In this document: one piece after another, positions 49,411 to 62,290 of the stretch
Layout of the letters: each line of letters opens with the position of its first letter
Position numbering within the stretch: the first letter of the stretch is position 1
NCBI RefSeq assembly: GCF_006345805.1
Contig: NC_043002.1
Location: 85,498,001-85,562,000 of the forward strand
DNA: 64,000 nt
Direction of reading: 5' to 3'
Origin: Octopus sinensis
Taxonomy: Eukaryota
Translations under genes and position numbers: made by a program
Notes under the pieces: model-generated
What the model saw: the letters and a program-made list of their open reading frames with translations, nothing else
Databases searched by the model: none
Told to the model about the DNA's origin: nothing

Positions 49411-52400
49411 CACATCCGATTCATACAAACATGGAAAAGTGACTGTTAAAACGATTGTAACAAAAATATCAATGATGGAAATGTGATGGTGATGGTGATT
49501 TGTAGTCTATGTTTATATCTGTGGTTACACCAGTCTTTAAAAAATAAAACAGTGTTGTCTATGTTATATATTTCGATGATTGCTAGTAACCTTTCACTAA
49601 AATAAGTACCAGACATTTTATACCAGTCTTGACTCCAGTGCTGGGTTGAAATGCACGCAGCCCAACAACCAAAAAAGTTATTGGCCTTTTTTGTCACTGG
49701 CTGACAGTATTGCAAAGACAGTTACTTAACTACCTCTACTGTGCCTCAGCTGTTTCCAAAAGCAAGTGCCTAGATCTAAGTACACTTACCATTTCTTCAA
49801 CCATGGATATGCTGCAAAAGAAAGGCAAGTCAATGCATTCAAAGTATCTATGGAACCACAGGGGATGCTAGGTATTGGTTAAGTATAACTGTGCATATCT
49901 GTCTTAGGGTCCCTCACACCAGATTTTCTTACTCTCTTTGACTTTTCTAAATGCTCAATAAATTACCACACAAGACAGCAGAGGTTTGTTTGTATATTGG
50001 GCATGGTTTGTACAGAGCCAGCCCCACTCTCTTAACCACCAAACTTGTATTGGTTTGGTGCAACAAGTGTCAGGAGCCCAGTAGTTATCAGAATAAAAGA
50101 TTTATATGGAGTTACCTTTTCTTAGATGAGCAGATAAAGTGCTGAAGGGCCTTACCTACCCTAATTGTATTGGTATGTCCGTGAGGTAGAAATGTGTTGC
50201 GATGTCACTGGTGCCAAGCTGTATCGGCCTTTGCCTTTCCCTTGGTTAACATCATTGGCATGGAGAAAGGAGGCTGGTATGCATGGGCGACTGCTGATCT
50301 TCCATAAACAGCCTAGCCCAGACTTGTGCCTTGGAGGGGAACTTTCTAGGTGCAACCCCATGATCCTTCATGACCATAGGGGGTCTTCTTAACCTTTTCC
50401 CAAAGGAGCAGAAGTAAAAGAATATATATTACATTGACATTTTTTGTGCCACAGTTGTATGTTTTTTTATGTTAGTACCAATTCTATCAAAATGACAAAG
50501 GGTAATAATTAAAATTTTTTTAAATTTCAGAGTTGTCTCCCATGCTGTTCTTGACAAGAATTAATCATTAAGGTAATGACTTCGTTTTCTTTTCAATATT
50601 GATGTAATTGTAATTAATAAAGTATCTGTTTTATATGTTTGCACTAACTTAAATACTAATATCAATTTCAACTGATACAACTATTAAGTGGGTATTGATA
50701 TATATTTTATGCTTCAAAGAACAATTTCATAATTTGATTGCATGTTTAATTATATTAGTTTCAACATTTTATGTTATACAGATTCAACATTTAATTTAAT
50801 TATTTCAGCATATCTTTTAAAATGATACATTAATTAATATTAGATTTAAATGATGATTTCTGATTATTCCATTGTATGAGGAAGAATATGATTTTTTATT
50901 GATATCTATCAATTTCAAATATTAATAATAAATATTAGCATTTTGACAATTTTCTATATGGTTGCACAAAGTTTCTTTGTTGTAAGTTTACATTAACTAA
51001 CAAATATATGGCCTCTACAAATAGAATGAAGACAAACCCATCTTTGAAGTATTTTCCTGCAGGGATTCACCATTAGATTGTTAGGGGACTCAAACTAAGG
51101 ATAAAAGGTTCTGAAAGGTTCTTGTTATTCTTGTAGTTTAGCCCAGTGTCAGATTTGATCAAAAATATTCTTGACATGACTGTCTTGTCTTTTTTTATAT
51201 CAAATCTTTGATCAAAAAAAAAAAGATGAGATGTTTCAGTGTTTTTAATTTTTGTAAAGATGGCAAATTGTGAGTTGAGGAATATAGGTAAAAAATGGTT
51301 GAGGAACACTGCTATGAGCCCTAAAATGCCATAAGCCCTAATGAAGTTCACAAAGCAAAACCACTGAGCAATTTTCACTGTCTGCATCAACATCTGTGCT
51401 GTCCCCACCAAATTCACTTCTTGACTCCATTTGTCATTTATTCTTATCACAAGCTTTGCATACATTTCATACTTGAAACTGAAACCTTATTCACTATATG
51501 TGGTTCTTTTATGCTGTCTAAGAGGCACCTCACTGTCTACCAGTGCTTGAAATAGCAGCTAAATCCCTCAAGTCATACTCCATCATCTTAGAAAAGGATA
51601 CATTGGATAATATGATACTGAGTTCTCTGTGCATAGGAAACAGATGGGATGGTCACAGTTGGAAAGCTTTTGATCATTTATATGCCTGAACAGGAATGAT
51701 CCAGAACTAAACTATAACAACTTCTCTCTCCAGCCTGTAGCCATATTGAATTCACTCTCCCTATTTTCCCCTTTTCTCAGATCAGTGAGTAACTAAGACC
51801 TCCCTAATCTAAACAGGGAGCTTCTATATGATCCTCTGAACCAATGGAAACAACAACCAAGTCTCCCTTAAGTCAATAGCTACTGTCTTGACTAAGGAAA
51901 GAACATATTAGATATATATTAATCCTTCAGTGTTCCGATTACTCTGTCAAACGTAATGCTTATTTATTCACTTTCAATAATGTGATTGTTTGTTTTTAGA
52001 ATGACATTGTAAGATAGGTGTGAGAGACAGGATTTGATTGAACTGAGCATGAAAGAAGTAGAAAATTTGGGCTAGATATGGCTGATTTCACTGCTAAAAG
52101 ATTGAACTCCAGAAGTTTTACTCAAGGTGCTGAGCAGAGGAAACAAGACTAGGGCTGTGTAATTATTAAAGTGAATTTCTTAGCTACAGTGCTATGTCTG
52201 CACATTTTTTATCTCTCCTCTCTGATAGAAATTAATGTATAATCAAAACAGCCTCTCAAGAGAAACAAGGAATAGAATCAATAAAAAACAAAAAGACCTG
52301 GAGAAAAGATAAATGGCAAATATTTATATTTGATAAAAGTATTTACTAGAAGTTACCTATTATCTTTACACTGTTGGAGAAAGAAAAAAAAATGGGAATA

Positions 52401-52684
52401 AAAACAGTTATATCGCTGCTTATATCACTTAGCACATTTCATAGTCTAATGTCAGTATGTGGGTAAAGTCAGATGGAGAGTAAAACTTGGCAGTCAGTGA
52501 TAGTTTGGTTTGTTAGCATTATGAAAACATACTTTACACTCAATTTAGACTTTTCTGTGTAAACATTTGAGGAGCTACATATAGTAATAGGGATTATTAT
52601 ATATGGCGATAATGTTTATGGCGTTAAGTAAGCTGTTCTTGTGAACTATACTGAGTGGTCTGTTTGCTTGTACGTCACTCAATG

Positions 52685-52686
<2 letters not shown>

Positions 52687-52750
<64 letters not shown>

Positions 52751-52815
52751 GTATGTATATATGTATGTATGTATATATGTATGTATGTATATATGTATGT
52801 ATATATATATGTATG

Positions 52816-52867
<52 letters not shown>

Positions 52868-52889
52868 TGTATGTATATATGTATGTGTG

Positions 52890-52920
<31 letters not shown>

Positions 52921-52946
52921 GTATTATATATGTATGTATATATATG

Positions 52947-52980
<34 letters not shown>

Positions 52981-52995
52981 ATATATTTATGTATA

Positions 52996-53041
<46 letters not shown>

Positions 53042-53050
53042 TATATGTAT
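52687..53050. repeat. (TA)n/(TATG)n microsatellite
   Basis: Direct reading. Confidence 0.95.
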
Positions 53051-54290
53051 GTAAAATTATGATTATCTATACAAGCTGGTGTTTTATTGCTATTAAAAAA
53101 ATCAAAAAAAAAATAGCAAAGAAAAAAATGAGAGAAAAACAGTTGAACTTTCAAATGTTTGTATGATGGTTATTTGGTTGTTTGTTTGTGTTTATGTTTG
53201 CACTGCACACTCTCTCTCACACACACACACATATATATATGCATGTATATATGCATATATATATGTGTGTGTGTATGTATATATGTATATGCATATATTT
53301 ATATCTATGTATGTGTTGTGTCTGTGTGTGTGTGTGTGTGTGTGTATTTATGCATTATGCCAGCCTGGAGCATGGACGTAAAATGACTTTGATGATGTAT
53401 GTAAACTTTCTTAATGTTTAATCAATGAAACCCATGTAATGAACAGCAGTTCATCGCTGTAGCGGTCTTATGTACACAAATGCTTCTTTTGGAGAGCTAA
53501 CCTGAATGTACACCTAACTTCATTCTAGTGTATAGTGTTTGCCCAAAGTCATAAATGGCACTCAACTCACTTGCTTAACTGATTCCTTCATTGATTGAAT
53601 ATTTCTGAATATTTTAGGTATATGTCTTTATATATATTATATAGATTTGTATGTATATGTGTGTGTGTATATTTGTCTCTATACCTGAATAGATGTATGG
53701 TTTCCATTCACCAGTTTGTATGATTAACCTGTTAATCAATTATATACTTTTCTACAGTACAAGTCTGGGCTAATTATTAAGTTGACCAGATATTGGTTTT
53801 AAAGACAAAGGGTAATCTAGAGCAGTGGTCACTAACCATTTTTGCATCATGGCCCAATTTCAAGCAAGATTTTCCCACCAATCAGGGGATCATGCACATA
53901 ACAAAACACAATCAAGTGCATAATATATAATTTAATTATTACATATATCTCCTCTCTGAGTCATATAAACCCACAGGGCCGGTTTCTCAGTTCCTGTGGT
54001 GCATATGAGTATATTGCCCTCCTAGATGGGATACCAGTCCATCACAGGATTACTAATTTTTTGTCAGCTGAGTAGACTGGATCATCATGAAATGAAGTGT
54101 TTTGGTCAAGAACACAATGCATTACCCAGTCCTGAAATCAAAGCGCAACCTTACAATCATGAGTCTAACACCTTAACTACTAAGCTATACACCTCTACAT
54201 TTCATCATCATCATCATCATCATTGTTTAACATCCACCTTCCATGCAAGCATTGAAGGTGGACATTAGATAATATACATGTATATGCTTG

Positions 54291-54342
<52 letters not shown>

Positions 54343-54435
54343 TATATACACATACACGCACACACACAAACAAACATACAATTGTATATATAATACATAC
54401 ATACATACATACACACACACATACATATATGTATG

Positions 54436-54483
<48 letters not shown>

Positions 54484-55589
54484 TAGCTTAAAAGCTGCCC
54501 TATCAGGTGACTTTTAAGCTATCTTCTGTAGAAGGTTCTTCATTGGGCCTTGGGCCCAACAATCACACTTCATGGTAGATGACTATGACACTTCATGTAG
54601 AAGACTATCCCAAGCTACTGTTTTTTGGGGGGCAGGGTTTCTATGGCTAGATACCTTTCCTAATACCAACCTATCTACAGAGTGGACTGTATACTTTTTA
54701 CATAGCACCAGCACAGGCAAGGTCAGTTTTGACATGGTTTTACAGCTGGATGCTCTTCCAAATGCCAACCACTGTACAGTGTGGACGGGATGCATTTTAT
54801 ATGGCACCAGTACTGGCAGGATCACCAAGTAAAGATAAGGAATTTTGAGACGGTAGGGAGCATTGGAGGAGGTGATCTTGTGTCAGATGATGAAAGGTTA
54901 GAGTATGACAGAGCGACATACATAATGCAACCCCACACCCTGCAACTGTGAAAGACAGTGGTGATGGTGGTGGCATCAGAAGTTTGAACGGTATGTGTTA
55001 TGCAGTTGTAGTGGCAATGGTGGTGGTACTGGTGATGGTGATGTTTGAAAACAATCAACAGAAAGAGAAAGAGAAAAAGAAAGAGGTTAGATAGAAAAAA
55101 ATTGTACTGAATCCCCAAATGGGAAGACAAAAAAATGAAGGCTAAAACAATGCGAAGCGCATTGTGACCAGCGATGTGTAGCAATGTCTGATAGCCTGGT
55201 CGGTCACGGTGATCACAGTGATATACAATTGTATGTTTGTGTGTGTGTGTGTATATATATATATATACATACACACACACACAAGCATATACATGTATAT
55301 TATCTAATTTATTTGTATGTACATACACATACATATAATGAGATAGGTAGATGATGCAAGCGATCATAGAAAATGTTCAATTAACAGAATTCCTGACCCT
55401 TTTCCTATATTCCTATTTGAGACCACTTTACTTAATTTGCTAAAGCCTTAGGGGATCCTATGCAGATCATTGCAATTCTTTAATCTGTAATTTCTATTAA
55501 GGTGGAACTCCTATTTAATGCCTACTTAACCTTGCTTTTCTCTCTCCTTCAAAAAAAAAGGAAAAAAAAAGAAAATATACCAACCTTAG

Positions 55590-55623
<34 letters not shown>

Positions 55624-56383
55624 TTTTGCATATTTGTGCCAGTGTGTGTATGTGTCTATTGTGTTTATTCTGCTAATGTGTAATTATATATGTATATGTA
55701 TGTATCTGTGTGTGAATGTTTAATGAAACATCTTTGTGTTGATATTAAACCAATCTTCCTATCTATATTTGAGGAGACTCTCTGGAATTTGTTTTTTTTT
55801 TTCTTTCTTTCTTTTTTTCTCATACTTTGGGAATTCTATGTCTGTACTACCTTGAAATTTATATTTCCCTTGCAATCTCAAAAAGGAAATTAGATTTTCT
55901 GAAAAAGAGGCCTTAGAGCTATGTCAACACCTCAGAATGGTATTTATATTAAGACATTCTTACTATTAAAGAAAAAAAAACAAACAAACCAAAAAACTTC
56001 AACCTGTTTGTAAGGAATAAAATATTTGGTGCGACCAAACCTAGCAGAATTTCTTGAACCAGCCCTGGTGCTTGCCCCTCTGTAGTCATCCTACCTGGTA
56101 GAAATAGCAGTCAATCATCTTCAACTTACATCTGTTAAAAATTGGAAGGCATGCATTGGATTATGTAGTCCTAGTGAAAGATAGAATGGTTGTTGCTGAA
56201 AGACCTTTGATCAAAGGTCTGCTGAGTTGTGGCTTACCTGGGGCTAAACCACAATGGTAGCAAAAGGTGGTAGCAGCAGCAGCAGCAGCAGCAACAACAA
56301 CAACAACACCAACACCACCACCACCAGTAGCAGCTGTGGCAATAACAACTGTAAAGACAACAACACTTCTATTTTCTAAACAG

Positions 56384-56510
56384 TGTAGAAACTGCATCTG
56401 CTGAGTATAGTAACATTGTTGCTTATAAAGCTGAAATCAGACCATTTCCGTTGCCAGTTGGAGACAGGAATATTGCGATTATACAAAACATGGAATCTGA
56501 TGAGAATTGA
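56384..56510 (+). CDS. Candidate terminal coding exon, product unrecognised
   Basis: Pyrimidine-rich acceptor cttctattttctaaacag| followed by an open frame xVETASAEYSNIVAYKAEIRPFPLPVGDRNIAIIQNMESDEN*; non-repetitive and GC-richer; the antisense frame is also open, so the strand is uncertain; no homology recognised. Confidence 0.2.
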
Positions 56511-57559
56511 CATGAATGTTGCAGCACCATACTAAATTTGTTACATGTGAAAAAAAAAAAGGAACAGAAGGGGAATATCTATGCATTTAGATTGGTCTAT
56601 AACAATTGATAATTAACTCTCTCTCTTTCTTTCTCTCTCTCTCTCTCTCTCGTCTCTGGTGTAGAGATAGTCCACTCACCAAAAGAAAATAGCTTTCTCT
56701 TCTCTCTGTGGCTCTTGAATCTATATTGCTCCCACTATCTGGTATAATGTTGTTGTATGTAGACACATTCTAGACTGCATCTAGTAAAAGGCCACTTGAC
56801 TGATTGGTATAAAATCATTCACAGATATGCACCAACATCTACTTCTCTGCTTTTTTTTTTTTCCAAATTACTACAGTGGTTTTTGTTCCTTGAAGTTGGC
56901 TTGTCTTATGCAGCCTCCATTCAGGCATTCCTATTTCATTAGTCTTTCTTCTCATCATCCCTGATGCTCCCAAAAACCAAGGCACTGCATTATCCCCTAT
57001 GCCCAGTTCTTCCTTTCCAGGACTTTGGACTCTCTAGAAATTTTCTTCTTGTTTATATCTTTCCTATACGTGCAAATTGCAACATTTAAAGTGGAACATT
57101 AACTGCATCAATCTCAAGGGTTTCTGAGGACTTTGAAGAGGTCACAGACACGCCCCTCTCTTTCAGACCCAACAAGTAAAACAAAAAAAAAAAACAAATA
57201 AAATAAAAAATGTAAATGCAAAACTTATGAACTTCACAATATATATTTCTTACATCGTTTACTTTCCTGTTGCTACATTTTCAATCTAAATCTCATCAGA
57301 TTTATTGTGGTCATTGTGAGTGAGGAAGTATTTCACAAACTGACCAGGACACTGCTCAGAGGGTTGCCCAGGACAACCCAAGCAGATGCCAACAAATAGC
57401 AGATGCAGCGATGCACTGCAATGGCTCATACTCCCCTCCACACACACACACCTGACCTGATCTGAATTCAATGTGAGTGTTATAAATACCATTGCTATAC
57501 TTGGATTCAATATAGTTGTCTGTACTTTCTCCACTTGTGTATAGTCAGCATAAATCATT

Positions 57560-58010
57560 ATTCTTTTCTACTCTAGGTACAAGGTCCAAAATTTTGGGGG
57601 AGGGCTCCAGTCAATCAGATCGACCCCAGTACACGACCGGTACTTAATTTATCGACCCCGAAAGGATGAAAGGCAAAGTCAAAACTCAGAACGTAAAGAC
57701 AGACGAAATACCACTAAGTATTTTGCCCAGCATGCTAACGTTTCTGCCAGCTCGCTGCCTTCAATATAAATCTTTATTACCACACAATAATGTGGCTGGC
57801 TGGCAGAATCATTGTCTTGCTAGACAAAATACTTAGCGGTTTTTCTTCTGGTTCTTTACATTTTGAGTTGGAATTCATCTGAGGTCAATTTGGCTTTTAG
57901 TTCTTTGGGGATCAGTAAAATAAATACCAGTTCAGCACTGGAGTTGATGTAATTGCCTTCACTCTCCCCTTAAAACTGCTGTCTTGTGCCAAAATTAGAA
58001 AGAATTACCA
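57560..58010. mobile_element. Two divergent SINE C copies (57560-57762 on -, 57795-58010 on +)
   Basis: cgaccccgaaaggatgaaaggcaaagtc...ctgccagctcgctgcc, then gctggcagaatcatt... Confidence 0.85.
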
Positions 58011-58494
58011 GACAACATACCAAACTTCATAGATGGATGTATGGCAATGTGGTTAAAAAGTTCATCTCACAACTCTGTGATTTTATGTTCAATACTACTA
58101 CGTGGCATATTTGCCAAATATCTTCTACCATGGCCTCAAGTTTATTAAAAGACTCAAGAGTGGAATTTGGTTGACAAATTGTGTGAAAATCCAATAGAGG
58201 AACTCATCTTGTTCTTGAGACAAAGACTTAATCTATTATTTGACTTAATGCCACCATGTAATCCATAGGTGCCTTTAGTGTTCTGGGAATAGCTTCACCC
58301 TATCAGTCATGAAAGCCCTGAAGAGGGTAGTGGTCACTACTTTTCCTCTCCTAAATCATGTGAAAAAAGATCTTTTAATGTAACAAATGAGCAATCCCAA
58401 TATGGTCATTTTATCTGCCATATATAGTTGCCAAACCACCCTCAAATTACATTCTACAATATTTGATAACGATAATGATGATGAGGAGGATGAT

Positions 58495-58760
58495 TTCAAA
58501 TTTGTAACCCAAGGCCAACAATTTCAGGGGAAGAGGTGAGTTGATTACATTGGGTCCCCCACCCTTACCCCAGTGTGCAACTGGTACTTATTTTATTGAC
58601 TCTAAAAGGATAAAAGACGAAGTTGACCTTGGAGGAATTTGAACTCAGAATGTAAAGGCAGACATAATGCCACTAAGCATTTTGCCCAGCATGCTAACAA
58701 TTCTGACAACATGGCTGCAGTCCAATGACTAACACACGTAGAAGATAAAAGATACGAAAA
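58495..58760 (-). mobile_element. SINE C copy fused to a family D-type tail
   Basis: ggtacttattttattgac...gcatgctaacaattctgac joined to aacatggctgcagtccaatgact. Confidence 0.7.
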
Positions 58761-59026
58761 GACAGGACAGTCGTGGCTGGAATGCTTTTGATCATACATC
58801 TGCTTGAGGCTAAATAACAACAGCAACAACAATGGCAATAGCTACCGCTCTTTTAATTAAGAGAACAATTGATTTAAAAGCAATTAATCTCACTACAACA
58901 ACTCAAAATCAACACAATGTAACAGCAATTGTTAAGTAATTGATATCAGATTGTCTACCAATAATCCAAGTTTTCAGAATTGTCTCCGATTGATTAATTA
59001 ATTGATTACACTTGCGGCTCACATTT

Positions 59027-59040
59027 AGGTCATTGGGTCA
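59027..59040 (+). promoter_or_regulatory. Perfect nuclear-receptor DR2 motif (AGGTCA-tt-GGGTCA)
   Basis: Exact motif in non-repetitive DNA next to clustered TAAT/ATTA sites; function untested. Confidence 0.25.
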
Positions 59041-59829
59041 CTAAACCACCGGAACTGGAATGCTGCTTAAGTTAATAGCCATAAAACTTCTTTAGAATGT
59101 AATGTATTGGTTGGTTCATTTCTATGGACAGCCAACCCTTTAACTGTGAAATTACATTTCATGGTTATTCCAATAATGATCTTAAATATCTACCGAAAAT
59201 TAGAATTGGTATTTTCAGCAAGTTACTTGCCACAGTGAACTTGACATATTTCAACTGAAAGTAGTTTCAAATATGACATTCTTTAATAAAAGATAGATTG
59301 TGTATATAATTGCTTTCTACAGTAAAGGGTAATGAGATTTTGAGTGGATATATCTGGTTTCTGCAATAAAAAGTTAAATGCTGGAATATTCTGGGAAATA
59401 ATGTTTTCTTCAACAAATAAGATTTTAGTTTCCTTTTCCATATTATAATACAGTAGGCACAATTATCTTCATAAAAAAAAAATTTTATTTTTCTTTTCTT
59501 TTTTTTTTTCGGTTACAACTTTGTTACTGTGCTGTAAATATTCAATGTGAATGATGTTTAATGAATTTCTGCAATATTTTGGATTACCATGATTCTCTTA
59601 CCTAGCTTGTACTTAACTTTATAAACTGCTCTGAAAATTTGTCTTTCATATTTTTTTTTTGGGATAATCAGGTATGTAGTCAATATTATAGAATTTACAA
59701 AAAAAAAAAAAGAGATCGAACATAATGAAATATGCTGCAACCCTTACAATATCATTAACCATCACCACCACCATCATCATCATCATCATTTTACATCCAC
59801 CATTCCATACTGGTAGAGGAATAGCCAGG

Positions 59830-60400
59830 TTCTAAATATATATCCATTCATCTTTTCTACCCTTTATTCCTGGGAGGGTTATGGGGGTAGAGTCCTCAGG
59901 CACCTCCTCCATAGGGTTCTATCAGAAGCAACTATCATTAGACTTTCCAGGTGGATTCTCAAACATGACGAACTGAAACTACAGATATTATTCAATCATC
60001 TTGTTTTTAACCTACTTCTACGTCTCATACTGCTCAGCTCAGCTTGGAGAATCCCTCTTGTAATTCTTTCCTGCAACATTCTAATCACATGTCTGTATTG
60101 CCAGAGCTGAGACCTCTCAATGTAGAGAAGTAGCAGTTCCATCAGGAGAGACTCTCTGATCTCTGTGCTACATACCTTATCAAGTAACATTACTCCAGGG
60201 ATCCTTCAGCGGAACCCTATTTTGGCTGCTTGTATTTGTGTTTGTACTCTTTCAGTCATTTGTACTCTTTCAACATTCATAACCATAGGTGAAGATAGGC
60301 ATGGAATATTTTGGGCAATTGAAGATAGCAAGTTTGGCTTCTGAAGAACAAATGCTGGAACTGGCACATTACTGCACCAGCACCTGAAAATCTGATGGAG
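59830..60400 (-). mobile_element. RTE-clade LINE, 3' fragment, decayed
   Basis: MTERVQTQIQAAKIGF/LLDKVCSTEIRESL..LLLYIERSQLWQYRHVIRMLQERITR resembles WVMTERVRSRIQAAEMGFLRR...IERSQLRWxGHVxRM. Confidence 0.8.
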
Positions 60401-62124
60401 GTGCATGACTAAGTGGCTGGAGCGTTGGACTCATGATTGTTTCTTTCAGTTCCTGGACCAGACGATGTGTTGTGTTCTTGAGCAAAACACTTCATTTCAT
60501 GTTGCTCCAGTCCACTCAGCAATACCTCAAATACAATCACGTGAATTCATTGTAGTTGGAATAATTTGCTTTAAAAAGAAGCTGACAATCTTTAGTTCAT
60601 CCAAGAATATTGAATTAGTATAGCTAAGCCACTAAAAAAATTGTACAAGCTTAGTTTAAGAAAAATAAAAAGGAGCAAAAAATTAAAGAAAATATAGAAC
60701 CAAAAATAAAATTACTCTCTTATATTTTTGAAAACATGCTTTTTTTTTCATGGAAAACATACTTTTTATGTTTCAAACTACTGCACTAATTCAAATAATT
60801 ATTCTAAGCTAATTATTTTTCTAATCAGTTACCTTTTTCTTGTGCTTAATTTAGTGCTTGGGAGTATACAATATTCTTCATTTGTCATTTTGAAGCTAAA
60901 AAGAACACATTTCAGAGAACATTACATAGCTTATCACCTCCTTTACCACTATACAACATTTCAGTTACCAAGGTGCATAACTGTGTCCTACAACTTGGAT
61001 TAATCCTTAATGACACAGAATCTTCATCAGTTTTCTCGGATTCCAGCTCTTAACCCATGAACGTTCAGGATGAGATATTAAACTCCATCCAGTATTGAAA
61101 CACCAGCTTGAAAGCTCAGGTGTTTTGGGATGGGGTGTGGAGTTACTCCTTAGTCACCATTATTCCCAGATCTGGTCTGATTTAAGGTCAAGTACCCTTG
61201 TTACAGGTCAGATAGTAAACAGGATTGTAGTTAAGGTATACAGGACTCAAAGGAGAGCTAGCCACAAGACATATATCACATATGCTGAACAGTGTATGGA
61301 CATGCCCTAATGTCATGTGAACTGGTCCCTCTATCTCAGGGTTAAGTGGCCCTACTTCTCAAGACTGAGCTTGGGAGAGCAGGAGACCGGGAGAGTAAAC
61401 AGTAACTAAGTTCGCAGAAGGTAATGGGAAACCACTGCTGTATCTTTTCCAAGAAAAGTCATAAAGTTTCAGACTTTGGCTTTGAAGAACATGATATTTG
61501 ATGCCTACAGACATGGGATAGGGAGAGAGAGAGAGGAGGGGGCCCTATGAAGTGTGGTGGAGTTTATTATTTATTTATGTTAAAATAACAAGAGTCATAC
61601 ATGTTACTTTGAGTAACACAGTTCAGTGACTGCAGCTAAATTTAAACCAATGCGTAATCAATAATCTATCAAGCACATTAAATGTATTCTAAATTGCACC
61701 GTATGAAAGCGAAAAAAACAGTTATTCCAAAGTTTAAATTATTTACTCAAAATAATAACGAACAGTGTGCTATGATTAGGCACGTGGCCATCTGGTTGAG
61801 GTATTGGCCTTATGATCATAAGACCATTTGTTTGATTCCTGGACTAAGTGGTGCATTGTGTCATTGAGAAAGGCACTCCTTAGCTGAAATGAACACCAGT
61901 CAAGTACTGGCGTATCTTTCACTTCCTGCAGCTGTAGCAGACAGAGCTAAGAGGAAGCTGTGTCTGCTCTTGACTACTCAAGCACATAAAACAATTAGCT
62001 AAGATATGTATATGTTACCAAGCCATCATCATTTCCAGATGACAGCTATAGTTACTTATGTTGATTATTGAAACAAAGGGTCTTGAATACTATAATAGGG
62101 TAAATCTGGAAGTTGTTTTAATAT

Positions 62125-62290
62125 ATTTGGCATCAGGAAGGGCATCCTTAGCATTAAGATAGGAATCCAGAAACCATACCAAAACACACAATTGGAGTCT
62201 GGACAGCTCTCTGGATGGCCAGCTCCTGTCAAAAAGTCCAACTTATGCCAGCATTGAAAATAGATGTTAGACGACAACGACGACGTCGAA
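62125..62290 (+). mobile_element. SINE family A, 3' part
   Basis: ttggcatcaggaagggcatcc...gccagcattgaaaatagatgttagacgacaacgacg. Confidence 0.75.

Noticed and set aside
51073-51465. 130-aa minus-strand ORF
   Set aside because: No recognisable domain, runs through homopolymers, and overlaps a hAT-like terminus (cagtgttcctcaaccatt, 51287-51311 on -)
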